A stretch of DNA of 64,000 nucleotides. Origin: a virus. Its lineage: Duplodnaviria; Caudoviricetes. The notes below the pieces were generated by a model that saw only the letters and a list, made by a program, of their open reading frames with translations, was not told the origin of the DNA and did no database searches. Of the stretch, positions 27,664-36,627 are shown piece after piece (position 1 is the stretch's first letter; each line of letters starts with the position of its first letter). A program made the position numbers and the translations under genes. The stretch is from IMG/VR virus record IMGVR_UViG_3300006805_000023. One strand, written 5' to 3'.

Positions 27664-28630
27664 AGACGGTTCCAAGTTTGATGCGTTCCTCGATTTTTGT
27701 GCGGTTGACTTCGGCCAGTTTCTCCACTGTGATCCCAAGCTCGTTGGCGGTGGCTACCAGATAAAACAGCACGTCGCTAAGCTCGTCAAGCATCCGGTCT
27801 TTTGCGCGGTGGCCGAGATCACTGGCGCTGACCTGGGAGCTGTTGATACGGCGCATCACCTTTTGAACCACTCCGAGGACCTCGCCGCCTTCGCTGGCGA
27901 GCCCGGAGGTCGTGTAAACCAGTCCGGACGGGTACTGGGCTACTCGTTTGACCCAGCCCTGGTAGGCGTCGAGCTGAGCAATCATGGTGTCCTCCTCAAG
28001 GGTGAACTCCATCGTGCAGCCACGGTCCGGCGGTGGCGAGGTGCGCAGCCGCATCCCGAAGGACACCGCCTCCTTGGCGAGGAAGGCCACCAAGTGCGTG
28101 CTGGTGAGGTCTGAGTCCTGCACAGTGAGCACTCCAGTTTCCAGCTCGACCGTGGCGGTCGGGAAGTTCTTCTGCAGCAAGATGGCGAGCTTGCCAGCTA
28201 CCACCTGAAGGGACGGCCCGAATGACACCGTGGCCCCGTTCTCGAACAGAGATGAGAGGTCTGGGCGCGTGTAGCCCTCACCCTTGATCCACTTACCAGT
28301 AGGGTCGGCCAGATGGCCGGTCTCCGGGTCGCCCTTGGTGCAGTTTGAGCGGTGCACCTCGTCCCAGGCCAGCTGCATCACCGGAGCGATGCCGAGCCGG
28401 TTGGCAAGCTGGAAGATGAACACCAGCGCGTCGATCAGACAGTCGGTCGTGTGGGTCAGGCGCTCCCGTTCCGTCGGGAGGTCCTTGGCCTCGTCCAGCT
28501 CGGTCTGCAGCTCCTCCTTGAAAAAGGCCTGGTAGGTTTGAACGACGCTGGCGTCGAAGACGGGTTTGCCTGCCAGCGGGATTCTCCACTTTTCGGCAAA
28601 GGCGCGGATGTCGGATAGTTGATTGACCAT
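27650..28630 (-). CDS. Tandem all-alpha NTP pyrophosphatase (DR2231/PRA-PH-like domain plus MazG-like domain)
   Basis: N-domain EEL..E...D.LID...WDEVHRSNCTKG...GKWIKG.GY..PDL; C-domain GLASEGGEV...DELSDVLFY...N..KI..R. Confidence 0.82.
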   Translation of the reverse strand: MVNQLSDIRAFAEKWRIPLAGKPVFDASVVQTYQAFFKEELQTELDEAKDLPTERERLTHTTDCLIDALVFIFQLANRLGIAPVMQLAWDEVHRSNCTKGDPETGHLADPTGKWIKGEGYTRPDLSSLFENGATVSFGPSLQVVAGKLAILLQKNFPTATVELETGVLTVQDSDLTSTHLVAFLAKEAVSFGMRLRTSPPPDRGCTMEFTLEEDTMIAQLDAYQGWVKRVAQYPSGLVYTTSGLASEGGEVLGVVQKVMRRINSSQVSASDLGHRAKDRMLDELSDVLFYLVATANELGITVEKLAEVNRTKIEERIKLGTVYAAN

Positions 28631-28654
28631 CCACACCAGAAAGCACTATAAGCC

Positions 28655-29263
28655 TTAGTCGTCGCCAGGCGAGCTGGAGGAGTTGGACGAACTGGAGCTG
28701 GAGCTGTTCCTGGAGCTGGACGAACTGGAGTTCGAGGAGTGCGAGGACGGGCTGGAGGAACTGTCCGAACTACGGGAGCTGCTAGAGGAGTTGGAGGAGT
28801 TGGAGCTGCTGGAGGAGTTGGAGCTGCGGGACGACGGAGAACTCGAAGAGCTGTTGATGGAGCTGGTCGAGCTGCTGGATGAGCTGGAACTGCTGGACGA
28901 GTTCTGCGAGGAGCTGGAGGACTCCAGGAACCGGTAGTCAAGCACGTCTGCCTCGTGGGCGTCCTGAATGCGCTTGACGGCGTGCGTGAAGTCCTGCTCG
29001 GAGAAGATCTTGACGACCAGCTGGCCGTTGCCCTGGGTCGTGACCAGCTCGAACTTCGTGAGAGAGGTGAGCTCAATCAGCTGCTCCGCCCTGGCACCCA
29101 GGGAGATGCTCTGAGACACGGTCCCGTTGGGGAGACGCACGTCCAGGTTGATGAGCGAGCTTGACTTGGAGGTCAGAGTCAGCTTGAAGTCAGCTGCGAC
29201 GGTGGACAGGACGCGCAGCAGCACGTCTGGAGTTGCTTCGATCTGGAGGGTGGCGCGTTTCAT
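28655..29263 (-). CDS. Protein with globular N-terminus and a Ser/Asn-rich tail of about 85 aa
   Basis: ORF track; tail is almost entirely Ser. Confidence 0.7.
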   Translation of the reverse strand: MKRATLQIEATPDVLLRVLSTVAADFKLTLTSKSSSLINLDVRLPNGTVSQSISLGARAEQLIELTSLTKFELVTTQGNGQLVVKIFSEQDFTHAVKRIQDAHEADVLDYRFLESSSSSQNSSSSSSSSSSSTSSINSSSSSPSSRSSNSSSSSNSSNSSSSSRSSDSSSSPSSHSSNSSSSSSRNSSSSSSSNSSSSPGDD

Positions 29264-29278
29264 GAAAGAGAGGAGGTG

Positions 29279-30064
29279 TTAGAGTCTGGCCAGCTTGGAG
29301 GAGGCGGCAGCCGCCAGACGCCTGGCTTCTTCATTGCTCGGGGCATGCCCGCCACCGCCGTGGCGCTTCTGCTCCTTCTGGTTCTTCTTCCGGCGAGCTT
29401 CGGCAAGGTTCCTCGCCATGATGTTGACGTCGCCTTCACCGGCGTCCAGAGGGACGAAGCCGGATTCGTTGAGGGGTCCGGGAGCTGGGCCTCCGGCGAG
29501 ACTGCCCATGTTGAGCATCGCCATGGCACGGGACTCAGCGGTGCTCTGTGGCATCGGTGCTGGCTGCGGAGCCGGAGTGGGAGCTGGAGCCGTTTGAGAA
29601 GGAGCTGGGGCTGGCGCGGGGGCAGGAGCTGCCGGTGGAGCCTGCACCCCGATCACACGCTGCGCTTCGGAGGTCGAGATCGGGGAGCTGTGTCCTGGAG
29701 TAAGGTCGGGAGCCACCAAGGCCAGAGCGGCTGGCAGCATGCCGTTTTCGTATTCGGCCTGGCTCTGGTTTTGCAGCTGCTGCTCGCCGCCTGAACCGCC
29801 ACCACCTTCGTCCGGGTCGATCTCAAGGCCAAGGGCCGAGGCGTCACCAGTCGTGAACTGACCTTGAACGAACACACCACTGGAGGACCTCTCACTGAGG
29901 AGCCTCTTCAGAGCAGCGGTTTCCTGCGGACCAAGGGTGAGATAACCGTTGGACTCCATGACGAGCTTGCGCACCCGGCTGACGTTTGCGCGCTCGTCCA
30001 AGGGAGGGGTCCTCGATGAGGAAGGGGCGCTGGTACCGAGAAGGGTGTTGAGGAGGAAGCTCAT
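29279..30064 (-). CDS. Probable virion-associated low-complexity protein
   Basis: Pro-Ala repeats, Gly runs, basic C-terminus; late box upstream. Confidence 0.65.
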   Translation of the reverse strand: MSFLLNTLLGTSAPSSSRTPPLDERANVSRVRKLVMESNGYLTLGPQETAALKRLLSERSSSGVFVQGQFTTGDASALGLEIDPDEGGGGSGGEQQLQNQSQAEYENGMLPAALALVAPDLTPGHSSPISTSEAQRVIGVQAPPAAPAPAPAPAPSQTAPAPTPAPQPAPMPQSTAESRAMAMLNMGSLAGGPAPGPLNESGFVPLDAGEGDVNIMARNLAEARRKKNQKEQKRHGGGGHAPSNEEARRLAAAASSKLARL

Positions 30065-30072
30065 AGGCGTGG

Positions 30073-30079
30073 ATAACTA
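30073..30079 (-). promoter_or_regulatory. Putative late promoter box TAGTTAT
   Basis: 8 nt upstream of ATG 30064. Confidence 0.5.
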
Positions 30080-30137
30080 ACCAGCACGACGCAAGTGCCT
30101 CACATAGCTAAGGCTCGGTGTGTCCGGAGCGCACCCA

Positions 30138-30166
30138 TTGACAAGCGGCAGATCCTGGTATAAAGT
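30138..30166 (+). promoter_or_regulatory. Sigma70-type promoter, leaderless geometry
   Basis: TTGACA-17-TAAAGT-5nt-ATG 30172. Confidence 0.8.
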
Positions 30167-30171
30167 TGAAC

Positions 30172-30459
30172 ATGTCCCCGCTTCGCCCTATCAATCAAAC
30201 CTTCAAGTCAGCGGCATCTCAGCACCGCCGTTACGTCTGGCGTGCCATCACGGCCAAACTGGCGTCGTTCTTCGTCGCCTCCATCCCGGCCCTGCTGTTC
30301 CCAGTGGCTCTCGTGACCCAGGTGGAGGACAAGCAGTCCACCCTGGTTCTCACGTTCTCCCTGCTGGTGTCGATTGCCAGCCTGCTGGCTCAAGCCAAGC
30401 TGTTCCGCTTCCTGATCGACCTCACCCTGAAAAACAACCCCGATGAAAGCCCTCTCTAA
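30172..30459 (+). CDS. Small membrane protein (2 TM)
   Basis: Two hydrophobic stretches. Confidence 0.7.
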   Translation: MSPLRPINQTFKSAASQHRRYVWRAITAKLASFFVASIPALLFPVALVTQVEDKQSTLVLTFSLLVSIASLLAQAKLFRFLIDLTLKNNPDESPL

Positions 30460-30850
30460 CTCCCAACTCACCCGTTCCGGCTGGTATTACTTCGAGCCCA
30501 CCGTCAACGCAGTAGGAAACCGCTCCCGCTTTGTTCACATTGAGGACGACTGCCTGGATGAACTCAAAAACGGCTGGCCGAAGTCCTCTCGCGGCTCCTA
30601 CTATGGCCCGGTCAGCATCTTCGATCTCAAAGACGAGCACAAGACCACCGGCCTGACCGAGTGGGTCGAGCCCACCCAAGCCCAGCGTGCTGTCATGATC
30701 TACCAGGACACTGCCACCGGCGAGTACTCGTGCTACCCAGCTCTCGGAGAACTGCCCCGCGAGCCAAGCGTCGAGGCAGTGGATGGCCCAACTTGGATCG
30801 CCAGCACCCTTAACCGGCTCCGTAAAGCACTACCGAAGGCACTCGCATGA
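30443..30850 (+). CDS. Hypothetical protein
   Basis: ORF track. Confidence 0.7.
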   Translation: MKALSNSQLTRSGWYYFEPTVNAVGNRSRFVHIEDDCLDELKNGWPKSSRGSYYGPVSIFDLKDEHKTTGLTEWVEPTQAQRAVMIYQDTATGEYSCYPALGELPREPSVEAVDGPTWIASTLNRLRKALPKALA

Positions 30851-31200
30851 ACAACCTCACCGCGCTACTCAAGACCGTCGAGCTTGATGAAAGCCACTTC
30901 TCCGACTGGGGTACTGGGGAGTCCGGTTACCTCCAGCTGTCCGATGTCGAGGAGCTGCTCCAGAAGCTCATCGTCGAAAACTCCTGCGTCGGCAAGCATG
31001 GTAAGCACGAACTCGTCAGCATCTTCAGCCAGAACGACGGCCCGGATGGTGTCTCCAAAGAAGTGCGCTGGTGCAGCCGCTGTGGCGCGGTCGTGATTGA
31101 TCGCGACGACGGTAGCCGCACCTTCCCAGGTGCAGCTATGAAAATGCGCCACTCCACATTGTCCCAAGCCGTCCACAACCTCACCCAGATCGCCCCATGA
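30847..31200 (+). CDS. Hypothetical protein with Cys/His ligands
   Basis: C.GKHGKH...WCSRCG; ATGA overlaps. Confidence 0.7.
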   Translation: MNNLTALLKTVELDESHFSDWGTGESGYLQLSDVEELLQKLIVENSCVGKHGKHELVSIFSQNDGPDGVSKEVRWCSRCGAVVIDRDDGSRTFPGAAMKMRHSTLSQAVHNLTQIAP

Positions 31201-31793
31201 AAACCGCCCTGCTTGTCTCCCTCTCGCTGCTTCTCGCCTCATGCTGCTACGACTCAGCACAGCTCACCGTTTCGACCGGACCCAGCTACCGCAACCCGCT
31301 GCTGTGGAACCGCCCCAACCTGACGTGGGCAGTTGACTATTCGACGGTGCCGGTCGGGTTGTCTGGGCGGTGCGGCCTGGACGGGGCGGTGCAGGAGTGC
31401 TTGCGTCCGTGGGAGTCCTCTGGCGTGTTCCGCTTCACCCAGGCCACACAGGGCGTCCGGCCCGACATCAGGATCGGCTTCCGTGATCTCGGCTGCAACA
31501 ACGACCACGCCGGTCGGGCCGGGTTTCCGTGGACTGCTGATCGCGGCCAGATCTGGCTCAACTCCCAGCAAAACTGGAGCACCGGCTGGTCGTTGACGGC
31601 CTGCCAGCTGGGCGACTGGCTGCCGCATGAAGTCGGCCACTCTCTGGGCCTGCTGCACACCAGCTCGTGCAGCTCTTGCATGCAAGAGCATGGACCCTAT
31701 GGGAAACCGACCCACCACGACCTGCAGACGCTCCGCCGCGTCTATGCGCCAACGACCGTGGTGCACCCGGTGTTTGGGCCGTTGGTCCGTTAA
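31197..31793 (+). CDS. Matrixin (M10)-type zinc metallopeptidase, lipoprotein signal
   Basis: LLLASC lipobox, PDIRIGF, HEVGHSLGLLH, Met-turn-like CMQ. Confidence 0.85.
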   Translation: MKTALLVSLSLLLASCCYDSAQLTVSTGPSYRNPLLWNRPNLTWAVDYSTVPVGLSGRCGLDGAVQECLRPWESSGVFRFTQATQGVRPDIRIGFRDLGCNNDHAGRAGFPWTADRGQIWLNSQQNWSTGWSLTACQLGDWLPHEVGHSLGLLHTSSCSSCMQEHGPYGKPTHHDLQTLRRVYAPTTVVHPVFGPLVR

Positions 31794-31807
31794 GCTGAAT
31801 CCAGGCA

Positions 31808-31836
31808 TTGCGCGGAGGGTCCACGCAGTTTACTTT
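31808..31836 (+). promoter_or_regulatory. Sigma70-type promoter
   Basis: TTGCGC-17-TACTTT. Confidence 0.55.
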
Positions 31837-31872
31837 ATAACCGTCATAACGGCTATAACAACCATAACGAAC
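31837..31872 (+). repeat. Four ATAAC-N4 direct repeats (9-bp period)
   Basis: ATAACcgtc ATAACggct ATAACaacc ATAACgaac. Confidence 0.85.
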
Positions 31873-31878
31873 ACCATC

Positions 31879-32028
31879 ATGAACCGACCCGAAAACCAAG
31901 GATGTGACCCTGGCAACCTCGTGCACAAACTCATCTGCTTCTCCGTGCTGCTGATCCCACTCGCGGCAGTGCTCGAAAACAAGTCTGGGCAGTTCGCTGC
32001 CTTCCTGCGCATCTTCGTCCCCTACTGA
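31879..32028 (+). CDS. Small membrane peptide
   Basis: MNRPENQG...LICFSVLLIPLAAVL. Confidence 0.55.
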   Translation: MNRPENQGCDPGNLVHKLICFSVLLIPLAAVLENKSGQFAAFLRIFVPY

Positions 32029-32031
32029 ACC

Positions 32032-33174
32032 ATGAAAACCCTCGTCATCCTGTCCACCATTATCGGCATCGCCATCGGCGTGGGTTCCGCCTGCGCAGCC
32101 CCGACCCCTCACGTGACCGCCACGTGGGGAGGAGACTATGTTAAGCTCATCGAGATCAAGACCGGCAAGACCTGGCTTGAGTCCTACGACGACTTTTTCG
32201 CCAAGTGCGGCAAGCACAAGCCGTCTGAGCTTGGCGTGAAGGTCATGGGGCGTCTGCCAAGCTGGTATAAAGGGAGAGGGTCACAGCCACCCAAGACACG
32301 CGGCCTGAAACCAGCCCCTCCAGAAGAGCCGGTTGTCGCACCCCTCATTGAATCAGGCAGCAACCCGGTCAACCCACTACTGCCTGACATCGCACCAAAG
32401 ACAATCGGCTTGCTCGATGCCTTCAAGTCGATGATAACCGGTGCCGAGCCGGAGTTCACCATGGGTGAGGACCAGCGCCAGCGAATCGTCCCAGAGACGG
32501 AAGGCTACACCTTGATCCCAGGAATGGAGAAGCCAGCCGCCCGCACCAGAGGGCTTAAGAAGGAGCCGGAGCCAAGCATCTCCGACAGGGTTGTCGCAAC
32601 AATCGACGGCGTGAAGGTTTACTCGCTCCTGACCGAGGACCCGGCACCAAGCACGGAGCCAGCCAGAAAGTCAGGAGTCATTGCCGGTAACGCCGTCACG
32701 ATCACCCCAACCTACGACGTGAGGTATCCGGCTGTCGTCACCCCCTACGCACTCGATGCCCTGTTCAAAGGCGAACTGGCGGGGATGGGCGAGGTCTTCA
32801 TCCGCGAGGCCAAGAAGAACAACATCTGCCCACTGTTCCTGGCTGGCGTAGCAATGCACGAGTCCGACTCTGGCAAGAGCTACCTGTGCCGCAACAACAA
32901 AAACGCCTTCGGCTCCTACGACTCCAAGCACAAGGTGTATCGGTCGTTCCCGAACATTGAGGCTTCCATCGCCTTCACGGCCTCTCAGCTCAACAGCAGC
33001 CTTTACGTGCTCAACAAGAAGAAGATGTGCCACACCATCAGGCAGATTCATGATGTTTACTGCCCGATCGGAGCTGGCAACGACCCCAAGAAGGTCAACA
33101 AGTTCTGGTCGAGCGGCGTCGTTTACCACATGCAGCGCTTTCTTGGACCCACCGTTTACGTAGCCTCCAACTGA
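32032..33174 (+). CDS. Exported protein with C-terminal GH73/glucosaminidase-like muralytic domain
   Basis: Signal peptide; FIREAKKNNI.PLFLAGVAMHES..G.S....NAFG...F.NIEASI...Y. Confidence 0.75.
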   Translation: MKTLVILSTIIGIAIGVGSACAAPTPHVTATWGGDYVKLIEIKTGKTWLESYDDFFAKCGKHKPSELGVKVMGRLPSWYKGRGSQPPKTRGLKPAPPEEPVVAPLIESGSNPVNPLLPDIAPKTIGLLDAFKSMITGAEPEFTMGEDQRQRIVPETEGYTLIPGMEKPAARTRGLKKEPEPSISDRVVATIDGVKVYSLLTEDPAPSTEPARKSGVIAGNAVTITPTYDVRYPAVVTPYALDALFKGELAGMGEVFIREAKKNNICPLFLAGVAMHESDSGKSYLCRNNKNAFGSYDSKHKVYRSFPNIEASIAFTASQLNSSLYVLNKKKMCHTIRQIHDVYCPIGAGNDPKKVNKFWSSGVVYHMQRFLGPTVYVASN

Positions 33175-33178
33175 CTCA

Positions 33179-33949
33179 ATGAACATCATCACACACCACC
33201 CCATGACAACCAGCGAAGCCTGGGGCGTCGGAATCGCCATCGCACTGTTTATCATCGGCTTCGCCTTCTTCCTGATGTGGGTTCACACCCGCCCGGTTTC
33301 GAACGACCGCCCCAAGACGCCTAAGGAGCCCAGCGTGCAACCGGACCTTGTCGGGGAGCGCTTCTGGAGCCACGAGGAGCGAGACGACCTCCTGCATCTG
33401 GTGGAGCGGCTGCACCGCGTCTCCGGGGAGGTCCTGGAGGGACTGAAGACTGACTCTGAGGCCGACTGCGGTCATCTCATCCTGGAGCTACTGCCCCGGA
33501 TTGCCTGGCAGACCGGCGAGCGCTACATCAAGATCATCGAGGGTGAGGCGTCGCAGAATCTTGGGATCTGGTATCAGGCCCAAGACGGGAGATGGTTCAA
33601 AGACCTCGAAATGGTGCGTCGTCCGAGGTGCGTCTCAATGCTGGGACGCCGTATCATGACGATCAACGACGACCATGAGCGGCTGCAGCTCAACGCCGGT
33701 CCGTTCGACCTTCGCTGGGACAAAATCGCCTGGAAGCCAATGGAGACGCTGCCCGACAACACCTGGGTGGTCCTGCGGCACGAGGGCGCAGACGGCGACG
33801 AAATGCTGGTCACCGGCTACATGCTCGACGGCGTGCGCCACACGGTGACGGTCTATAACGGCTACGCGAATGGTGGGGTTGATCACGACGACTTCAAGGC
33901 CTACGGTTACTACCTTGCATGGGCACCATTGCTCGTTAATAACCTCTAG
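33179..33949 (+). CDS. Membrane-anchored hypothetical protein
   Basis: N-terminal TM segment. Confidence 0.7.
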   Translation: MNIITHHPMTTSEAWGVGIAIALFIIGFAFFLMWVHTRPVSNDRPKTPKEPSVQPDLVGERFWSHEERDDLLHLVERLHRVSGEVLEGLKTDSEADCGHLILELLPRIAWQTGERYIKIIEGEASQNLGIWYQAQDGRWFKDLEMVRRPRCVSMLGRRIMTINDDHERLQLNAGPFDLRWDKIAWKPMETLPDNTWVVLRHEGADGDEMLVTGYMLDGVRHTVTVYNGYANGGVDHDDFKAYGYYLAWAPLLVNNL

Positions 33950-33953
33950 CCTC

Positions 33954-34787
33954 ATGAAATTCCGCACCGAAAACAGCAAACACGACAGGCGCGTCAACCG
34001 TGCCTTCAACCTCGCCTGCCAGATCGTAGCCCGTGCCGCCATTGGCTTGGAATGTGAGTCCAAACACGCCCTGCGCGCTCAGATCCGCGAGCGCCTTGGC
34101 CTGGACGTGTTCACCAAAAAGGATGACCCAAGAATCCTCGGAGACAGACGCGCCACCGGCGACGCTGCCCACCTTCTGGGACTCAGCAGGTGGTGGCAGA
34201 AAGATGAAGAGCTGCTGTTTCTGAACAGCCCCGTGGTCGGCTTATGCTGCCGTTGGCTGGAACGATCTGGAGGCAGCGTGGACATGTTTGAACTCCCATT
34301 CATCACCAAGCGCGACGTCAAAATCGGGCGCATTCGGTACCAGCTCGGCATCACTCGCTTAGAGGACAACCTGATCGCTGGGTGCGTCTTTCAAGGAAAG
34401 GACGAAACGTGGTTCTTTGCTGGCAAGGAGAGATTGTACCAGTTCGGCGTCTTTATGAACGAGGCCACCATCCGGAAGGTCCTGGCTGAACATCACCAAA
34501 ACATCGTGAGCGTTAACCCAACCTCGTCTCCCCTGACCAAGGAAGCAGCCGAGTACGTGTCAAAGCTCACCAGAAAAAGCCACCTGCGCTATCCCTGCAT
34601 CAGGTCCCGCAAGTTCCTGGTCAGCGCCACGATCATCAACCGCGAGCTGCTCAGTCCAGCCGATCTCGCGAGCCTGGAACCAGCTGTCGCCAAGCTTAAC
34701 GAGTGGGCAGAGGGATGGGCGGCCAAAAACGGCTTCTTCGAGCATGAGAACTTCAATGACCTGATCCGCCGCACCTTCGGAGAATGA
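33954..34787 (+). CDS. Hypothetical protein
   Basis: Start moved to MKFRTEN. Confidence 0.7.
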   Translation: MKFRTENSKHDRRVNRAFNLACQIVARAAIGLECESKHALRAQIRERLGLDVFTKKDDPRILGDRRATGDAAHLLGLSRWWQKDEELLFLNSPVVGLCCRWLERSGGSVDMFELPFITKRDVKIGRIRYQLGITRLEDNLIAGCVFQGKDETWFFAGKERLYQFGVFMNEATIRKVLAEHHQNIVSVNPTSSPLTKEAAEYVSKLTRKSHLRYPCIRSRKFLVSATIINRELLSPADLASLEPAVAKLNEWAEGWAAKNGFFEHENFNDLIRRTFGE

Positions 34788-35002
34788 AAAAGGTGAACGC
34801 CCTTGGTCTGTGCCGGATTCTGCGGACGCATCTGGCTTTTAGCTCAGTGCACGCAGACGTCCTGCAGGACAGGCCGTTCTACCCCACTCACGACGTCACA
34901 ATCGACCAGCTGCTCGAAGGAGTGATTGCTGGCAACGGGGTGCTCCGCTTTGACGCGGAGCACCCTAGCTCTTCTCATGAACGCAACGACCCTAAGCCAT
35001 AA
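34784..35002 (+). CDS. Hypothetical protein
   Basis: ATGA overlap. Confidence 0.5.
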   Translation: MKKVNALGLCRILRTHLAFSSVHADVLQDRPFYPTHDVTIDQLLEGVIAGNGVLRFDAEHPSSSHERNDPKP

Positions 35003-35201
35003 GCTCCAAGACCGCTATTTCGGCACCGCCGGAAAGGCCTTTCCAGTATCGCCCTCAGACCATGAGCTGCGTGCCGTGGTCGGACGGACCGAACCTGTTG
35101 CCAGGTCACGCCGCGCCCATCTGTGGCAGCTCGGAGCCAGGAGGCTCAGAGAAGCCGGACGGTTAAACCAGGCGCTTGTGCCAGGCCAGAACCCGCGCTA
35201 G
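34977..35201 (+). CDS. Hypothetical protein
   Basis: MNATTLSH start in ORF-track frame. Confidence 0.45.
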   Translation: MNATTLSHKLQDRYFGTAGKAFPVSPSDHELRAVVGRTEPVARSRRAHLWQLGARRLREAGRLNQALVPGQNPR

Positions 35202-35204
35202 GTT
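35176..35204 (+). promoter_or_regulatory. Possible sigma70-type promoter
   Basis: TTGTGC-17-TAGGTT-9nt-ATG 35214. Confidence 0.5.
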
Positions 35205-35213
35205 GTGGCCCTT

Positions 35214-35990
35214 ATGGAACCCACACCGCCTACCCCACCATGTCAGTGCTGCCCTCAGCCCAGCCTCGGCAGCTCTCTGATCGTCATCAACCACGCCGGT
35301 TCGCTCTCCCAGGAAGAGATCGCCGCCATCATCAGCAATGAGGTCTCTTCGCTGTCCGTCAGCATCGAGCGCGCTCTGCGTGCTGCCAACTACCGCAAGG
35401 AGAGCCGTCTCGCCATTGAGCGCTACGACCGTGAGCTGGGTCGCTGGTATTCCGGCCAGCGCCGTTACGCCAGAGACCACGCCCCCACCTTCATGGCAGC
35501 CCTGCTCACTCATCCTGATCCTGCAAGCACCGCCATCGAGAAGGCCAACGAGCTGTATCTGGCCCTCCATCCGAAGCCGCACGCCCCCTTCCCCGACATG
35601 GAAGCCGCACGCCGCGAATACAGCAACAACCTGCAGGCAACCGCCGGTGAAGAGGACCTCGGTCCTGAAGCTCTCGCGGCAGCGGAGGCAGCGATCGCCG
35701 CCGACCCTGAGCGCAAGGCCTTCTTGCTGCGCATGAAGGAGAGCGGAGTCAACCTTCGCGAGCGCGTCTCCCGACTGCGCACCGCAGGGACTGGTGCCAA
35801 GGTCGCCGATCTGGCTGGATCGTCCGGAGGTGGCGACCCGGCTGCCACACTCAGCGACGCCCCTGTCGCCGCCGCTGCTCCCGCTCCTGGCTCCCAGGAA
35901 TCGCTTGAGTCACCGCCGACTCCGGCCCCAGGCCCTCAGGACGCCCTGCCTGCTGACGCCAATGACTCCAGCTCCTGCAGCACCGACTAA
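35214..35990 (+). CDS. Hypothetical helical protein with low-complexity tail
   Basis: ORF track. Confidence 0.75.
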   Translation: MEPTPPTPPCQCCPQPSLGSSLIVINHAGSLSQEEIAAIISNEVSSLSVSIERALRAANYRKESRLAIERYDRELGRWYSGQRRYARDHAPTFMAALLTHPDPASTAIEKANELYLALHPKPHAPFPDMEAARREYSNNLQATAGEEDLGPEALAAAEAAIAADPERKAFLLRMKESGVNLRERVSRLRTAGTGAKVADLAGSSGGGDPAATLSDAPVAAAAPAPGSQESLESPPTPAPGPQDALPADANDSSSCSTD

Positions 35991-36008
35991 ACGAGCTGAC
36001 TGAATGAA

Positions 36009-36038
36009 TCGGGCCGGAGGGATGACCCTCCGGCCCGA
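36009..36038. terminator. Perfect 13-bp hairpin between convergent genes; probable bidirectional terminator
   Basis: TCGGGCCGGAGGG-ATGA-CCCTCCGGCCCGA; no long U-tract. Confidence 0.7.
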
Positions 36039-36043
36039 ACTGT

Positions 36044-36340
36044 TTACAGGACGTAAACGACGACCTCGTAGCTGCCAGAATCCAGGCGCTCGATGACGAC
36101 ATGCCCGTACTTGCTGGTCGCCTTGCCTTTGAGGCTCTGGAGCGGAAAGTGTGACTCCTTCTTCTGACCGTAGTTGATGCCGCCGTACTGGTACTTCTCG
36201 TGCCAGTCCTCAGCGGGGACGGCCTTGTAGCCGACCAGCTCTTGATCGGCCAACTCGATCGCCTTTCCAAGCGTCGGCTGGTTGCCGCGCAGACGCACGA
36301 CGTTGATTGCCTGAGTGATCGGAGTGGTTACGGAGGTCAT
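36044..36340 (-). CDS. Hypothetical protein
   Basis: Start moved to MTSVTTP. Confidence 0.7.
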   Translation of the reverse strand: MTSVTTPITQAINVVRLRGNQPTLGKAIELADQELVGYKAVPAEDWHEKYQYGGINYGQKKESHFPLQSLKGKATSKYGHVVIERLDSGSYEVVVYVL

Positions 36341-36543
36341 TTGGCTGTGGTGATACGTAGGGAAGCAAGGAAACGGCACGCTGCGTAAGTCCAGCGTGCC
36401 AGAGCATCAAGGGAACGAGTCAGGAACGGACGCCCCGTGGTGTGCAGGAACGCCACGGCTGGGGCAGCGGACAGAGCCAGGAGGACGATGGTTGGGTCGT
36501 TCAAACGGAGCCCAGAGGAGGTGATTTCGAGAGCAGATCGCAT
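36337..36543 (-). CDS. Small hypothetical protein
   Basis: MRSALEIT start 7 nt after a -10 box; ATGA overlap with the next gene. Confidence 0.55.
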   Translation of the reverse strand: MRSALEITSSGLRLNDPTIVLLALSAAPAVAFLHTTGRPFLTRSLDALARWTYAACRFLASLRITTAK

Positions 36544-36550
36544 AGTAGGC

Positions 36551-36579
36551 AACATAACCCTCAACAGTCACTTTGACAA
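36551..36579 (-). promoter_or_regulatory. Sigma70-type promoter (divergent pair)
   Basis: TTGTCA-17-TATGTT-7nt-ATG. Confidence 0.65.
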
Positions 36580-36587
36580 GGTAGGAC

Positions 36588-36616
36588 TTGACAAACACTA
36601 GAGTGTGTGCTAAGTT
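36588..36616 (+). promoter_or_regulatory. Sigma70-type promoter (divergent pair)
   Basis: TTGACA-17-TAAGTT. Confidence 0.8.
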
Positions 36617-36627
36617 CCGCCCTGCTT

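Noticed and set aside
28670-28930. CRISPR array or DNA tandem repeat
   Set aside because: The periodicity comes from poly-Ser codons; there is no repeat-spacer structure. The Glu/Leu-rich plus-strand ORF is its antisense shadow.
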